The notes under the pieces were generated by a model. That model did no database searches. It was not told the DNA's origin and saw nothing but the letters and a program-made list of their open reading frames with translations. This document shows positions 10,183 through 20,947 of a stretch of 64,000 bases of DNA, piece by piece. Source of the DNA: Intestinibacillus sp. (GTDB lineage: Bacteria > Bacillota > Clostridia > Oscillospirales > Butyricicoccaceae); contig JBFWIM010000001.1 of NCBI GenBank assembly GCA_050255995.1, positions 709-64,708 of the forward strand, in the 5' to 3' direction. The first letter of the stretch is position 1, and every line of letters starts with the position of its first letter. Made by a program: the position numbers and the translations under genes.

Positions 10183-11604
10183 ATGAAGTTATTCAACACA
10201 ATGACCCGCCAGAAGGACGAGTTTGTACCGATTACGCCGGGGGAGGTTAAGATGTACTCCTGTGGGCCGACAGTCTATAACTTTTTTCATATCGGCAACG
10301 CCCGCCCGTTCATCGTGTTTGATCTGCTGCGCCGTTATTTTGAGTACCGCGGCTACAAGGTCACGTTTGTTCAGAACTTCACCGACATTGACGACAAGGT
10401 AATTGCGAAGGCGAACGAGGAGGGCGTGACCTATGACGTCATCGCCGACCGCTATATCAAGGAGTACTTTGTGGACGCGGAGGGTTTAGGAATCCGCCGC
10501 GCCACACTGCACCCGCGCGCGACCGAGACCATGGACGCCATTATCGACATCGTCAGGAACCTGATTGACAGCGGCCATGCCTATGCCACGCCGGGCGGCG
10601 ACGTGTATTTCCGCACCAAGACCTTCCCGGAGTACGGGCAGCTCAGCCATCAGCCGCTTGAGGATCTGCAGGCGGGTGCGCGTATCAGCGTGGGCGAGCA
10701 GAAGGAGGAACCGATGGATTTCGCGGTCTGGAAGGCCGCGAAGCCGGGCGAGCCGTCCTGGGAAGCGCCCTGGGGCAAGGGACGCCCGGGCTGGCACATT
10801 GAATGTTCTGCAATGGTCAACAAGTACCTCGGCAAGACGATCGATATCCACTCCGGCGGGCTGGATCTGATCTTCCCGCACCACGAGAATGAGATTGCAC
10901 AATCGGAGTGCGCCAACGGCTGCAGCTTTGCGAACTACTGGGTGCACAACGGCTTCCTGACCATCGACAACGAGAAAATGTCCAAATCCAAGGGCAATTT
11001 CTTTATGGTGCGCGAGGCGGCGGCGGCTTATGGCTATGAGACCATCCGCATGTTCATGCTGTCCGCACATTACCGCACCCCGCTTAACTACTCCGAGGAG
11101 TCGCTGCGTATGAACAAGGCTTCGCTGGAGCGCCTGTATGAGGCGCGGAACAATCTGGAGTTCCGCATCACCAAGGCAACGGGCGACGCGCTGACGGCAG
11201 GGGAGACCGAGAAGCTCTCGGCGCTGGGGCAGTACAAGCAGAAGTTCATCGACGCGATGGACGACGACCTCAATACGGCGGACGCGCTCTCCGCCATCTT
11301 TGAACTGACGCGCGATATCAACGGCTATATTTCGCAGAACGCCGACGCGACCCGCGCATTCCTGACTGCGGCGCATGCGCTGTTCATGGAGCTGACCGGC
11401 GTGATGGGGATCGCGCAGCAGCGCGAGGACGCGGCAGATCCGGACGCCGGGAAAATCGAGGAGCTGATCGCGCAGCGGCAGGCTGCCAAAAAGGCGAAGG
11501 ATTTTGCCGAGGCCGACCGTATCCGCGACTATCTGCTGAACGAGATGGGCGTGCAGATTAAAGATACGAGACAAGGCGTACAATGGTCCCGCATCGCACA
11601 GTAA
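10183..11604 (+). CDS. cysS: Cysteine--tRNA ligase
   Basis: CGPTVY...[19 protein letters not shown]. Confidence 0.98.
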   Translation: MKLFNTMTRQKDEFVPITPGEVKMYSCGPTVYNFFHIGNARPFIVFDLLRRYFEYRGYKVTFVQNFTDIDDKVIAKANEEGVTYDVIADRYIKEYFVDAEGLGIRRATLHPRATETMDAIIDIVRNLIDSGHAYATPGGDVYFRTKTFPEYGQLSHQPLEDLQAGARISVGEQKEEPMDFAVWKAAKPGEPSWEAPWGKGRPGWHIECSAMVNKYLGKTIDIHSGGLDLIFPHHENEIAQSECANGCSFANYWVHNGFLTIDNEKMSKSKGNFFMVREAAAAYGYETIRMFMLSAHYRTPLNYSEESLRMNKASLERLYEARNNLEFRITKATGDALTAGETEKLSALGQYKQKFIDAMDDDLNTADALSAIFELTRDINGYISQNADATRAFLTAAHALFMELTGVMGIAQQREDAADPDAGKIEELIAQRQAAKKAKDFAEADRIRDYLLNEMGVQIKDTRQGVQWSRIAQ

Positions 11605-11621
11605 ACCAGTACAAGAGCATG

Positions 11622-11654
11622 AAAAAAGCACCTCCGAACCGGAGGTGCTTTTTT
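11622..11654. terminator. Bidirectional intrinsic terminator between cysS and the decarboxylase beta gene
   Basis: AAAAAAGCACCTCCG-AAC-CGGAGGTGCTTTTTT. Confidence 0.9.
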
Positions 11655-11670
11655 GTACGCAATGCGTCAA

Positions 11671-12807
11671 TCAGGCGCCGAATACCTTGAGCATGAAGCC
11701 CGCGGCGACCGCGGAGCCGATAACGCCCGCGACGTTCGGACCCATGGCGTGCATCAGCAGGAAGTTCGCCGGGTTGGCCTTCTGGCCTTCCACCTGCGAA
11801 ACGCGCGCCGCCATCGGCACGGCGGAAACGCCGGCGGAGCCGATCAGCGGGTTGACCTTGCCGCCGGAAAGCTTGTACATCACCTTGCCGAACAGCACGC
11901 CGCCGACTGTGGACAGCAGGAACGCCAGCAGACCAAGGATGATGATCTTGATGGTTTCCCAGGTCAGGAAGGTGGAGGCAAGCGCCTTGCACCCAACGGA
12001 CAGACCGAGGAAGATTGTGACGATGTTGATGAGCGCGTTCTGCGCGGTATCGGATAGGCGGTCTACCACGCCGCACTCGCGGAACAGGTTGCCCAGCATC
12101 AGCGTGCCGATCAGCGGGGCGGTGTCCGGAATGAGCAGGATGACGATGATGGCAACCGCGATCGGGAAGACGATCTTCTCGGTCTTGGAAACCGGACGGA
12201 GCTGCTCCATCTTGACCTCGCGCTCCTTCTGCGTGGTCAGTAGGCGCATAATCGGCGGCTGGATCAGCGGGATGAGCGCCATGTAAGAGTACGCCGCGAT
12301 GGCGATGGCGGGCAGGTAGCTGATTGCCAGACGGGAGGCGACCAGAATGGAGGTCGGGCCGTCCGCGCCGCCGATGACGCCGATGGCGGCTGCAACCGCG
12401 GGTTCAAAGCCGAGCGCCAGCGCGAGCAGAAAGGCGGAGAAAATACCGAGCTGCGCCGCCGCACCCAGAAGCAGGGAAGACGGGCGCGCGATCAGCGGAC
12501 CGAAGTCGGTCATCGCGCCGATGCCAAGGAAGATGATGGACGGATAAATCGCCTTTTCAACACCCTGGTAGAAGAACCAGAACAGGCCGGTTCCCTCGTT
12601 CAGAATGCCGGTCAGCGGGAAGTTCGCCATCAGAACGCCGAAAGCAATCGGCACGAGCAGCAGAGGCTCGAACTTCTTGACAATGCCGAGGTATAGGAGC
12701 ACACAGGCGACAATGATCATAACGAGGCTGCGGGGATCCTGGATCAGCGCGGCAAAGCCGGACTCGCCCAGGAGCTTTTCCATGACCGCTATGAAGGAGA
12801 ATTGCAT
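11671..12807 (-). CDS. oadB: Na+-transporting decarboxylase beta subunit
   Basis: [44 protein letters not shown]. Confidence 0.93.
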   Translation of the reverse strand: MQFSFIAVMEKLLGESGFAALIQDPRSLVMIIVACVLLYLGIVKKFEPLLLVPIAFGVLMANFPLTGILNEGTGLFWFFYQGVEKAIYPSIIFLGIGAMTDFGPLIARPSSLLLGAAAQLGIFSAFLLALALGFEPAVAAAIGVIGGADGPTSILVASRLAISYLPAIAIAAYSYMALIPLIQPPIMRLLTTQKEREVKMEQLRPVSKTEKIVFPIAVAIIVILLIPDTAPLIGTLMLGNLFRECGVVDRLSDTAQNALINIVTIFLGLSVGCKALASTFLTWETIKIIILGLLAFLLSTVGGVLFGKVMYKLSGGKVNPLIGSAGVSAVPMAARVSQVEGQKANPANFLLMHAMGPNVAGVIGSAVAAGFMLKVFGA

Positions 12808-12822
12808 GATTTTCTCCTCCTT

Positions 12823-13200
12823 TTATAGCGTGCACAGCACAGAGCCGGTCTCTACCGTCGCGCCCTGAGAAACCGCAACCGAAGATACCGTGCCGTCGTG
12901 CGGCGCAAAAATTTCGTTTTCCATCTTCATGGCTTCCAGGATAAACAGCACGTCGCCGCGCTTGACCGCCTGTCCGGCGGAGCACTTGACCTGCAGTATG
13001 GTACCGGGCATCGGGGAGACGATGGGTTCGCCGCCCGCGGGGGTGCCGGCAACCGGCGCGGGGGCAGGAGCCGCGGCAGGCGCCGCCGCGGCGGGCGCGG
13101 GGGCGGCAACAGGCGCGTCACCCTTGAGAACCGCGGTCGCCTGGCCCTTTTCCACTTCTACTTCATACTGCTTACCGTTCAGCGTTACAACATATTTCAT
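12823..13200 (-). CDS. Biotin carboxyl carrier protein of the decarboxylase
   Basis: MKYVVTLNG start, Ala/Pro linker, EAMKM biotin site. Confidence 0.93.
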   Translation of the reverse strand: MKYVVTLNGKQYEVEVEKGQATAVLKGDAPVAAPAPAAAAPAAAPAPAPVAGTPAGGEPIVSPMPGTILQVKCSAGQAVKRGDVLFILEAMKMENEIFAPHDGTVSSVAVSQGATVETGSVLCTL

Positions 13201-13216
13201 TTGAATTTCCCCCTCT

Positions 13217-13537
13217 TTAAACAGCCTTGATGTGCTTGAAGACGAGCTCGGACAGCGGTATGCCGGTCTCATCGCTTACAATTGCCATAATGCAGGCGGC
13301 AGTCAGGTCGTCCACGCCGGTCAGCTGCACCGGAGCAGGCGCTGCCGGGCGCGGAGCGGCGGCCACGGGCGCAGGCGCTGCAGCGGCAACCGGCGCCTTA
13401 TTGCCGGACAGAGAGCCGACAATTTTGGAAATCGCGACAATCATCAGGCTGAGGACGCCCAGCATGATAAAGACCACCACAAAGCCGGAAAGCGCGATCA
13501 GCAGCGCTTCGGGGGCGGTTAAACTTGTGATACCCAT
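13217..13537 (-). CDS. oadG: Decarboxylase gamma subunit (OadG family)
   Basis: N-terminal TM, Ala/Pro linker, position within the operon. Confidence 0.8.
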   Translation of the reverse strand: MGITSLTAPEALLIALSGFVVVFIMLGVLSLMIVAISKIVGSLSGNKAPVAAAAPAPVAAAPRPAAPAPVQLTGVDDLTAACIMAIVSDETGIPLSELVFKHIKAV

Positions 13538-13540
13538 GGC

Positions 13541-14971
13541 TTACTTGACCTCCTTGATGCTGTAGGTGACCTTGAGCGGTTTTTCGCGGTCGCGTTTTGC
13601 GAAATACTGCTCCGCCTGCTGCGGGAAGGCAATATAAGAGAGCACATCCTCTTCGGAATGCGCCCGGTCGCCCAGGTGCTTCTGCGCGTCGGCGAACTCC
13701 GGAGCGAGAGTATCCGCAAAACGGCCCTGGAGGGGCTGCTCGTCGCCGAGCACCTTTTCGGCGAGCGCGGGGTCGATCGGGCCGGGGGCCTTGCCGTATT
13801 CGCCGCGGATATACGCCTTGATTTCCTTGCCGATGTTCTTGTAACGCTCGCCAACCAGCACGTTGACGGTCGCCTGCACGCCGACCATCTGGGAAAGCGG
13901 CGTGACGAGCGGCGGATAGCCAAGATCCTTTCGCACGCGCGGCGTTTCCGCGAGCACCTCGTCGAGGCGGTCCACCGCGTTCTGCGCCTTGAGCTGCGCC
14001 ACGAGGTTGGACAGCATGCCGCCCGGGATCTGATAAACCAGAGCGTCGGCCTTGGTGCCCAGGACATAGGGGTCGAGCGTGCCTTCGGCAATGAACTTGT
14101 CCCGCACGGGAACAAAGAAGTCGTTGACTTTTTTCAGCGCGTCCGTGTCGACGCCGCAGTCGTACCCCATCTGGGTGAGGGTATAGGTCAGAGATTCGGT
14201 GGCCGGCTGGCTGGTGCCGCCCGCAAAGCAGGAGATCGCGCAGTCGATGCCGGCCGCACCTGCTTCGGCAGCCTTGAGATAGGTCATTGCGCCGAGGCCG
14301 GTGGTCGCGTGGGTATGAACGAAAACCGGAAGCTTGATCGCCTGCTTCAGGGCGGTTACCAGATCAAAGCATTCCTTGGGGCTCATGATGCCGGCCATGT
14401 CCTTGATGACCAGACTGTTGCAGCCCATCGCCTCGATTTCCCTGCCCAGGCCGACATACATTTCGAGATTGTGGATCGGGCTGAGAGTATAGCAGATTGC
14501 GCCCTGCGCGTGGCCGCCGGCCTTGAGGCATTCGTCAACGGCGGTGCGGATGTTGCGCAGGTCGTTGAGCGCATCAAAAATCCGGATGATGTCCATGCCG
14601 TTTTCGATGGACTTACGCACAAAACGGCGCACGGTGTCGTCGGAATAGTGGTGATAGCCGAGAAGGTTCTGGCCGCGCAGAAGCATTTGCAGCTTGGTGT
14701 TTTTCATGTGGGACTTAATGGTTCGCAGACGCTCCCACGGGTCTTCGCCCAGATACCGCAGGCAGGAATCAAAGGTTGCACCGCCCCAGCACTCAACGGA
14801 ATAGTATCCCGCCTTGTCCATCAGGTCGAGCACATCCTTAAAGTCGCTCAGCGGCAGACGCGTGGCCATCAGAGACTGGTTCGCGTCGCGCAGGACGGTT
14901 TCTGTGATATGCATTTTCAACGTTTTCTCACTCCCATTTCTTAGTCGCTTGTTTGTATCTATGTCCTTCAA
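13541..14971 (-). CDS. oadA: Oxaloacetate decarboxylase alpha (carboxyltransferase) subunit, no fused biotin domain
   Basis: ITETVLRDANQS, WGGATFD, KDMAG, HTH, GYPPLVTPLSQMVG. Confidence 0.88.
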   Translation of the reverse strand: MKDIDTNKRLRNGSEKTLKMHITETVLRDANQSLMATRLPLSDFKDVLDLMDKAGYYSVECWGGATFDSCLRYLGEDPWERLRTIKSHMKNTKLQMLLRGQNLLGYHHYSDDTVRRFVRKSIENGMDIIRIFDALNDLRNIRTAVDECLKAGGHAQGAICYTLSPIHNLEMYVGLGREIEAMGCNSLVIKDMAGIMSPKECFDLVTALKQAIKLPVFVHTHATTGLGAMTYLKAAEAGAAGIDCAISCFAGGTSQPATESLTYTLTQMGYDCGVDTDALKKVNDFFVPVRDKFIAEGTLDPYVLGTKADALVYQIPGGMLSNLVAQLKAQNAVDRLDEVLAETPRVRKDLGYPPLVTPLSQMVGVQATVNVLVGERYKNIGKEIKAYIRGEYGKAPGPIDPALAEKVLGDEQPLQGRFADTLAPEFADAQKHLGDRAHSEEDVLSYIAFPQQAEQYFAKRDREKPLKVTYSIKEVK

Positions 14972-15279
14972 ACCAATTCCTTAACAATTATATCATAGCA
15001 TACCAGCCTGATAAGTAAAATAACTTTATTGCTATTTTGTACAAACTATCCTGATTTAATCCAGCTTACAAGGCAGAGTGACAATATGTGAAACCGGTTG
15101 ACAGCAGAAGGATTTTCCGGTATGATAATGGAAGATTGCCCTCATGCAAATGCCTGTGCGACAGGCAATCGAGGCCGGATGCGGCATGGAAAAGCGGCTC
15201 TCAGCCGGACAGAGTGTTCCCTCTTTCAGACAGGCGCCGGAGCGTCCCCAGCCGGATTTGGCATGAAAATTTGATATTT

Positions 15280-15356
15280 GCCCTTGTAGCTCAGATGGAT
15301 AGAGCGACCGCCTCCTAAGCGGTAGGTCAGCGGTTCGAATCCGCTCAAGGGTGCCA
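15280..15356 (+). tRNA. tRNA-Arg(CCT)
   Basis: Cloverleaf GCCCTTG...ACCGC-CT-CCT-AA-GCGGT...TTCGAAT...CAAGGGT-G-CCA. Confidence 0.97.
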
Positions 15357-15359
15357 CGC

Positions 15360-15393
15360 AACCCGCCGGAGCAAAACCTCCGGCGGGTTTTTT
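15360..15393 (+). terminator. Terminator after tRNA-Arg
   Basis: ACCCGCCGGAG...CTCCGGCGGGT followed by T-run. Confidence 0.85.
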
Positions 15394-15720
15394 CCATGCA
15401 AATTTTTGTTTCCACACGGGGGCAATGGCGGTTACGGTGAGCGGAGGTTCCCCTGAAATAGCGACTTCTTGTTATCAGGGGACAGGCATGGTTGACTTGG
15501 GCGTAGAAGCGGTGTGGAACAGATTACCGCAAAATCCGTGCTGTGAAACGGCCAGGATTTTGCGGGATGCGAGCCAATCCGGCCGGCATGCGAGGCGCCG
15601 GTTTTGTTTGCTGTACAGGGGCAGGAATCCGGCTGATGTAATTGCATAAAATATCTTCAAAATGTAGATTTGCTTATGACGGCGTAGTATAATAAAACAA
15701 TAAGCTGACAATATTGCCTG

Positions 15721-16884
15721 ATGCTGAGGGAAAACGTGAACGAAATTAGTGGGAATTCAATTATCGATGAAATTCAAAATGAATACAGACGGATCGATAA
15801 CAACTGGCTGAAGCTGCATTATAAGACCTTTATCGTGCTTGTACTGTTCGGGTTTCTGGTCGAGATCGTCCTTGGAACGGCGTGGTACGTTATGGGGTAT
15901 ATTGCAATTCCTCTGCCCATCTACGTCCTGAAATATATTGTTGCGCCGCTTTTTTGCAACTTCTGTCTCATCGTTGTCGGCACATGGGCAATGTATTCTC
16001 TCAGGCTGGCACAGCTCGCCAGGGCGTATATTATTTCCCTGTTGTTTGTGGGCATTTGTTTTGTATTTTTTTCCGTCCACAGTATTTTTCATTCACTTTA
16101 TCTGATTTTTGCCCTACCGATGATGGTGACGGTGGTATACGGCAATTATACGCTGACGACCATAACCTCAGGGGCCAGCATTATAGCGAAAGTCCTGTCC
16201 GAACTGTTTGTCGAATGGGATCCGGATAAGTTTTATCCGCTGGCAAGCTTCGTTACATTGGGGGATTTCATTGTTTCCACTTGCGCTTTATGCGCGTTTT
16301 ATATCGCCAGCATCAGTATCATTCGCTTTGAAAAGCAGAAAAACTCCGCCAGCATCAAAAAAGAGATCGAACGTCAGAAAAAGCTGCTGACCGACGAGCT
16401 GACTGAAGTGTATAACCGAACCGCTCTGCAAAACGCGTTTCAGCATATGGATACGGACACATCGGATACGGCCTATGCTTTTGCCATGATTGACCTTGAT
16501 AATTTCAAACAGATTAACGATACGCTGGGGCATGCCAAAGGAGACCAATGCCTTGAGGAATTCGGCCGCATTTTAAGAAAACACTGTGCCGATGCAGCTC
16601 GTGCCGACGCGGTTCCCTTTCGTTTCGGCGGCGACGAGTTTTGCATTATTTTTCAAAATAAAACAGCGGAGCAGATCATGGAGATCTGCAAAGGTATTCA
16701 GAGCGACCTGAGGCAATGCGAGATGAACGATGTCTGCAACCTGCTGACTGCCAGCTTTGGCATTGCATTCCGGGTGGAGCAGATGTATTCCGGGCGGCTG
16801 CTCCGGAATACCGACCAGGCGCTGTACCGCGCCAAAAAGACCAGAGACGCCATCTGCTTTCATGAAGACGGGGAGCAGGGGTAA
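15721..16884 (+). CDS. Membrane-anchored diguanylate cyclase (GGDEF)
   Basis: Several N-terminal TMs; DELTEVYNR, DLDNFKQINDTLGH, intact RFGGDEF; visibly more AT-rich than neighbours. Confidence 0.92.
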   Translation: MLRENVNEISGNSIIDEIQNEYRRIDNNWLKLHYKTFIVLVLFGFLVEIVLGTAWYVMGYIAIPLPIYVLKYIVAPLFCNFCLIVVGTWAMYSLRLAQLARAYIISLLFVGICFVFFSVHSIFHSLYLIFALPMMVTVVYGNYTLTTITSGASIIAKVLSELFVEWDPDKFYPLASFVTLGDFIVSTCALCAFYIASISIIRFEKQKNSASIKKEIERQKKLLTDELTEVYNRTALQNAFQHMDTDTSDTAYAFAMIDLDNFKQINDTLGHAKGDQCLEEFGRILRKHCADAARADAVPFRFGGDEFCIIFQNKTAEQIMEICKGIQSDLRQCEMNDVCNLLTASFGIAFRVEQMYSGRLLRNTDQALYRAKKTRDAICFHEDGEQG

Positions 16885-16921
16885 GCGGCTGCGCGCGGCA
16901 GCCCTTTCCGAATATGTGAAC

Positions 16922-16959
16922 AAAAAACCTCCGTCCACAGCATTGTGGACGGAGGTTTT
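16922..16959. terminator. Bidirectional terminator
   Basis: AAAAAACCTCCGTCCACA-GCAT-TGTGGACGGAGGTTTT. Confidence 0.85.
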
Positions 16960-16997
16960 ATCACAGTTTCTCAAAGGCGGCCAAAGCAAACGCGTGT

Positions 16998-17228
16998 CTA
17001 TCGCGCATCGGCCGCACCGATCGCGCCGCACAACAGCAGAAAAGCCGCGGAAGCGATGGCAAAAATGACAGCCAGACGGTAATACCGCGCGGCGGCGGCA
17101 CGCGTTTCGTCGTCGTCCTTTTCACCGCGCTGGAGCGCGCCCTCAAGCGACGCCATGCGCACGCGCAGGACAAACGAAACCACCGCGCACAGGCCAAACA
17201 GGCCCAGCAGCACATATTGCAACAGCAT
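16998..17228 (-). CDS. Small hypothetical membrane protein (2 TM)
   Basis: Starts 7 bp after secG stop; TM-acidic loop-TM pattern. Confidence 0.55.
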   Translation of the reverse strand: MLLQYVLLGLFGLCAVVSFVLRVRMASLEGALQRGEKDDDETRAAAARYYRLAVIFAIASAAFLLLCGAIGAADAR

Positions 17229-17235
17229 AGCGGCT

Positions 17236-17481
17236 TCAGCCGGCGTTCGGGATCAGGTTGAGCACGATCGCCAGCGCCACAAACAGGAATGCGATGACTG
17301 TGGTGATTTTGGACAGAATGGCGTCCATGCCGCGGGATTTATTGTTGCTGAAAAAGGTATCCATGCCTCCGGCAATGGTGCCCAGTCCCTGGGACTTGCC
17401 GTGCTGCAGCAGAATGGTAACAATCAGGAAGAGGCACGCGAGCACCTCGATGACCGACAGGGCGAACTTGAGCGTTCCCAT
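17236..17481 (-). CDS. secG: Preprotein translocase subunit SecG
   Basis: GGAGG RBS; ILLQHGKSQGLGTIAGG; two TMs. Confidence 0.92.
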   Translation of the reverse strand: MGTLKFALSVIEVLACLFLIVTILLQHGKSQGLGTIAGGMDTFFSNNKSRGMDAILSKITTVIAFLFVALAIVLNLIPNAG

Positions 17482-17691
17482 AAATTTACGACCTCCAAAA
17501 ATCAAGAAAATACTTTACAAATCATACGGTTCGGTCTTGCAGACAAACCTTGCGTACATAGCATCATATCATAAATAAATACGTCTGACAAGGGTTATTG
17601 CGAGAAAAAAGGGGAAAAAATATGGTTTATACCCCGGAAAACGCACTGTGACGCCTGATGGCCGGCACGCAGCCAAAACGGCGCCGTATCC

Positions 17692-18216
17692 TCAGCCGAG
17701 CCTTTTTACCGTCGGCCTGAGGCGGTCGCCCAGCGTGTCGCCAAGCTTGTTCGTCAGAATTGTGCCCGCCGACAGATCAACCACCGCGACGCGCACGCTC
17801 GACCAGCCCCGGGCAGGCGCCTGATGGCGCACGTCGTGCGCATATTTTTTGACACGCTTGTGCAGGCTGTGGTCAAAATGGTCGGTTACCAGCACGAGCG
17901 AAAACAGAGAGAACTCATGCAGTTGATCCGCCTCTACCAGATTGTCATGCACGCGGGTGATGTAGTCCAGCGCTTCCTCAAGGCCCTCCCCGGTCAGTTC
18001 TTGCATGGGAATGAACAGGCAGCGCTCGTGGCAGTGGGTTTTCACCCCGGTCGGGATCAGGCCAAACGGCTTCCGCTCGCCTTCCAGGTCAAAGGAGGCG
18101 TCGAGCGCGATCCAGCGCCCCTCAACCAGAGTGTCGCGCCGCGTGGTGAAGTCCTTGCGCATATCTTCCTCGGCTGCGTTAAGCAGCTGCTCGAACAGTG
18201 CGGAAAAATCGGTCAT
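17692..18216 (-). CDS. Conserved hypothetical protein
   Basis: Native codon style, AAGG RBS, downstream of the nucleotidyltransferase gene. Confidence 0.75.
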   Translation of the reverse strand: MTDFSALFEQLLNAAEEDMRKDFTTRRDTLVEGRWIALDASFDLEGERKPFGLIPTGVKTHCHERCLFIPMQELTGEGLEEALDYITRVHDNLVEADQLHEFSLFSLVLVTDHFDHSLHKRVKKYAHDVRHQAPARGWSSVRVAVVDLSAGTILTNKLGDTLGDRLRPTVKRLG

Positions 18217-18236
18217 TTCAAATGCCTTCTTTCTGT

Positions 18237-19142
18237 TCAGAATACGGCGGGATAGATGCCCTGTCCGGTCAGCGCCGCAATGGCCTGCTGCACGGCCGGC
18301 TTATCCTCGCGATAGGTCACGCCGAACCAACGCGCCGGCGTGGTCAGCACGCGGGCGGTCGCTTTGCCCGCACGGATGAGTTCATCCACTGCAAAGGGCA
18401 GGTACAGCTCGGCCTTTTCCGGGTTTAAGGGAAGCTCTTTCGCAACGAAGCGGCGCAGCATTCCTGTCAGCTCCTCCAAAAACGAGGGCGTAAAGCCCCA
18501 GACGTTGAGCGAAACGGGCGTACCCTCGGGAAGCTCGCCCCCTTCGCAGCGGATCACGCCGTCCGGTTCGCGGCGTATGGCTGTGCGCTCGATGATCGAG
18601 GTCAGGTTCCCGGCCGCATCGGTCCGGCACACCCCGCGCGACACCGTGCCGTTTTCGGTGAGGGTATTTTCCAGACGGTAGCCGACCATGCAGTAGCGGT
18701 AGGTTTCATCGTCGCGCGCATCCTTCAGAAAGTCATACAGCGCCGCGAACGCTTCCGCGCCGTAAAAATCATCGGCATTGATGACTGCAAAGGGCGCGCC
18801 GCCGACCGCTTCGCGCGCGCACCATACGGCGTGGCCGGTGCCGAGCGGCTTTTGGCGCCCCGCAGGCGCCGGGCTGCCCTCGGGCAGGCGGTCGACGGTC
18901 TGGTAGACGTAGGAGACCTCCATCGTTTCCGCGGCGCGGCGGCCAATGGCTTCTTCAAAGCTCTCCCGCAGCTCCGGGCGTATGATAAACACCACGCGCC
19001 GGAAGCCCGCGCGATAAGCGTCGTAGAGCGAGTAATCCATGATGATCTGGCCGTTTGGGCCGACGGGATCAATTTGCTTGAGGCCGCCGTAGCGTGAGCC
19101 CATGCCGGCCGCCATCACAACCAGAACCGGCTGCTTTGTCAT
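18237..19142 (-). CDS. Sugar-phosphate nucleotidyltransferase family protein
   Basis: VMAAGMGSRYGGLKQ, KPLGTGHA, INADDFYG; true start ATG 19142. Confidence 0.9.
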   Translation of the reverse strand: MTKQPVLVVMAAGMGSRYGGLKQIDPVGPNGQIIMDYSLYDAYRAGFRRVVFIIRPELRESFEEAIGRRAAETMEVSYVYQTVDRLPEGSPAPAGRQKPLGTGHAVWCAREAVGGAPFAVINADDFYGAEAFAALYDFLKDARDDETYRYCMVGYRLENTLTENGTVSRGVCRTDAAGNLTSIIERTAIRREPDGVIRCEGGELPEGTPVSLNVWGFTPSFLEELTGMLRRFVAKELPLNPEKAELYLPFAVDELIRAGKATARVLTTPARWFGVTYREDKPAVQQAIAALTGQGIYPAVF

Positions 19143-19447
19143 ATTTCGTTCCATCCTTTTATTCTTTGTAGATCGTCTGGGGAAAATCAAGCTGTGAACA
19201 AATTTATTATATCCTCTGCCGGAAACGATTACAAGGGTGATTGCGGCAGGTTGTGTGCGCCGTGGTGAAAAACGCATTATTTGCGGCGGGGTCGGATGCA
19301 CATTTTTGTATAATAAATAAAAACATTTCTGCAAATGCGTGAACGTGGATGGAATCGATTGCAAATGGGAGGCAAAAGTGTTAAACTAATAACGTTTTGA
19401 TGATGTAAAAAAAGAATGAGAATGTATGCAAAAGGTGAGGTTATTAT

Positions 19448-20911
19448 ATGATGCGCAGAACAAAGATTATCTGTACACTGGGCCCCGCGACGGATCAGGA
19501 CAATGTGCTCCGGGAAATGATATGCGCCGGCATGAACGTCGCGCGAATGAATTTCAGCCACGGCAGCCATGAAGAACATAAATCCCGCATGGATCTGGTC
19601 AAACGCGTACGCGGCGAGCTTGGCTGTGCCTGCGGCATCATGCTGGATACCCGCGGCCCGGAGATTCGCACGAAAACCTACAAAGATGGCCGCATCGAAA
19701 TTCGCGAGGGGCAGGAGTTCATCCTGACCACGCGCGACATTGTGGGCGATGAAACCATCGTCTCCATTACCTATCAGGGGCTGCCGAACGACGTGCAGGC
19801 CGGCACCCATATCCTGATCGACGACGGCCTGGTCGGCTTTGAGGTGCTGGAAATCAGGGACGGCACCGATATCGTGTGCCGCGCGCTCAACAACGGCCCG
19901 CTGTCGAACCGCAAGTCGGTCAATGTGCCCGGCATCACGCTCAACATGCCGTATATCAGCCAGAGCGATCACGACGACATTGTCTTCGGCCTCGGTCAGG
20001 GCATCGACTTTATCGCGGCTTCGTTCTGCCGCTCCGCCCAAGATATGCGCGACTTGAAGGCAATCCTTGCCGAGCACGGCTGCGAGGACGTGCAGATCAT
20101 CGCCAAGATCGAAAATATGGAGGGCGTGCGCAACATCCTTGAGATTCTGCCCGAGGTGGACGGCATCATGGTCGCCCGCGGCGATCTGGGCGTCGAAGTG
20201 CCGTTTGAGGAGCTCCCGCAGATTCAGAAGGATCTTATTAAGACCTGCATCGCGCACGGCAAGCGCGTCGTCACCGCGACCCAGATGCTGGAGAGCATGG
20301 CCAAGAACCCGCGCCCGACCCGCGCGGAGGTTTCCGACGTCGCCAACGCGGTTTATGACGGCACTTCCGCCATCATGCTGTCCGGCGAGACTTCGGTGGG
20401 CAAGTATCCGGTTGAGACCGTCGCCACGATGAGCAACATTGCGAAGAAGGCCGAAGCCAGCATCCATTATAACCGCCGCCGCAACACGCGCCCTGAGTTT
20501 AAGGAGCTTGAGATGAGCGGCGACCGCGTGACCAACGCGATTGCGCACGCAACCTGTACCACCTCCCACGACCTGAGCGCCAAGTGCATTGTGGCCTTTA
20601 CCGAGTCCGGCGCAACCGCCCGCGCGGTTGCGAGCTTCCGGCCGGAGCATCTGATCATCGGCGCGACGCCGAATGAGAAAACCTTCCAGAGCCTGACCAT
20701 GTCCTGGGGCGTCTATCCGGTCCTGGTCAGCCGTCCCGCAAACGAGACCATGCTGTATGAGCAGTCCGCAAAGGCTGCCTGCGCCGTCTGCGCCTGTGAG
20801 GAGGGCGACCTTGTGACCATCACCGCGGGCATGCCGGTTGGCGAGGCGCATACGACAAACAGCCTGCGCGTCTATGAGCTGACCGCCGAGCACGTTGCAA
20901 ACCGCGCCTGA
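19448..20911 (+). CDS. pyk: Pyruvate kinase
   Basis: RRTKIICTLGPAT, RMNFSHG, MVARGDLGVE, MLSGET. Confidence 0.98.
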   Translation: MMRRTKIICTLGPATDQDNVLREMICAGMNVARMNFSHGSHEEHKSRMDLVKRVRGELGCACGIMLDTRGPEIRTKTYKDGRIEIREGQEFILTTRDIVGDETIVSITYQGLPNDVQAGTHILIDDGLVGFEVLEIRDGTDIVCRALNNGPLSNRKSVNVPGITLNMPYISQSDHDDIVFGLGQGIDFIAASFCRSAQDMRDLKAILAEHGCEDVQIIAKIENMEGVRNILEILPEVDGIMVARGDLGVEVPFEELPQIQKDLIKTCIAHGKRVVTATQMLESMAKNPRPTRAEVSDVANAVYDGTSAIMLSGETSVGKYPVETVATMSNIAKKAEASIHYNRRRNTRPEFKELEMSGDRVTNAIAHATCTTSHDLSAKCIVAFTESGATARAVASFRPEHLIIGATPNEKTFQSLTMSWGVYPVLVSRPANETMLYEQSAKAACAVCACEEGDLVTITAGMPVGEAHTTNSLRVYELTAEHVANRA

Positions 20912-20947
20912 CCGCCCGCAAAACCGGGCAGGAAGGGTTGGGAAGCG

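Noticed and set aside
15148-15270. Possible 40-aa ORF in the tRNA-Arg leader
   Set aside because: No convincing RBS; more simply the 5' leader of the tRNA transcript from the TTGACA promoter at ~15097.
15280-16960. Integrative element or prophage at tRNA-Arg (and at tRNA-Gly, 39068)
   Set aside because: No integrase and no duplicated tRNA 3' end (att repeat) found by eye.
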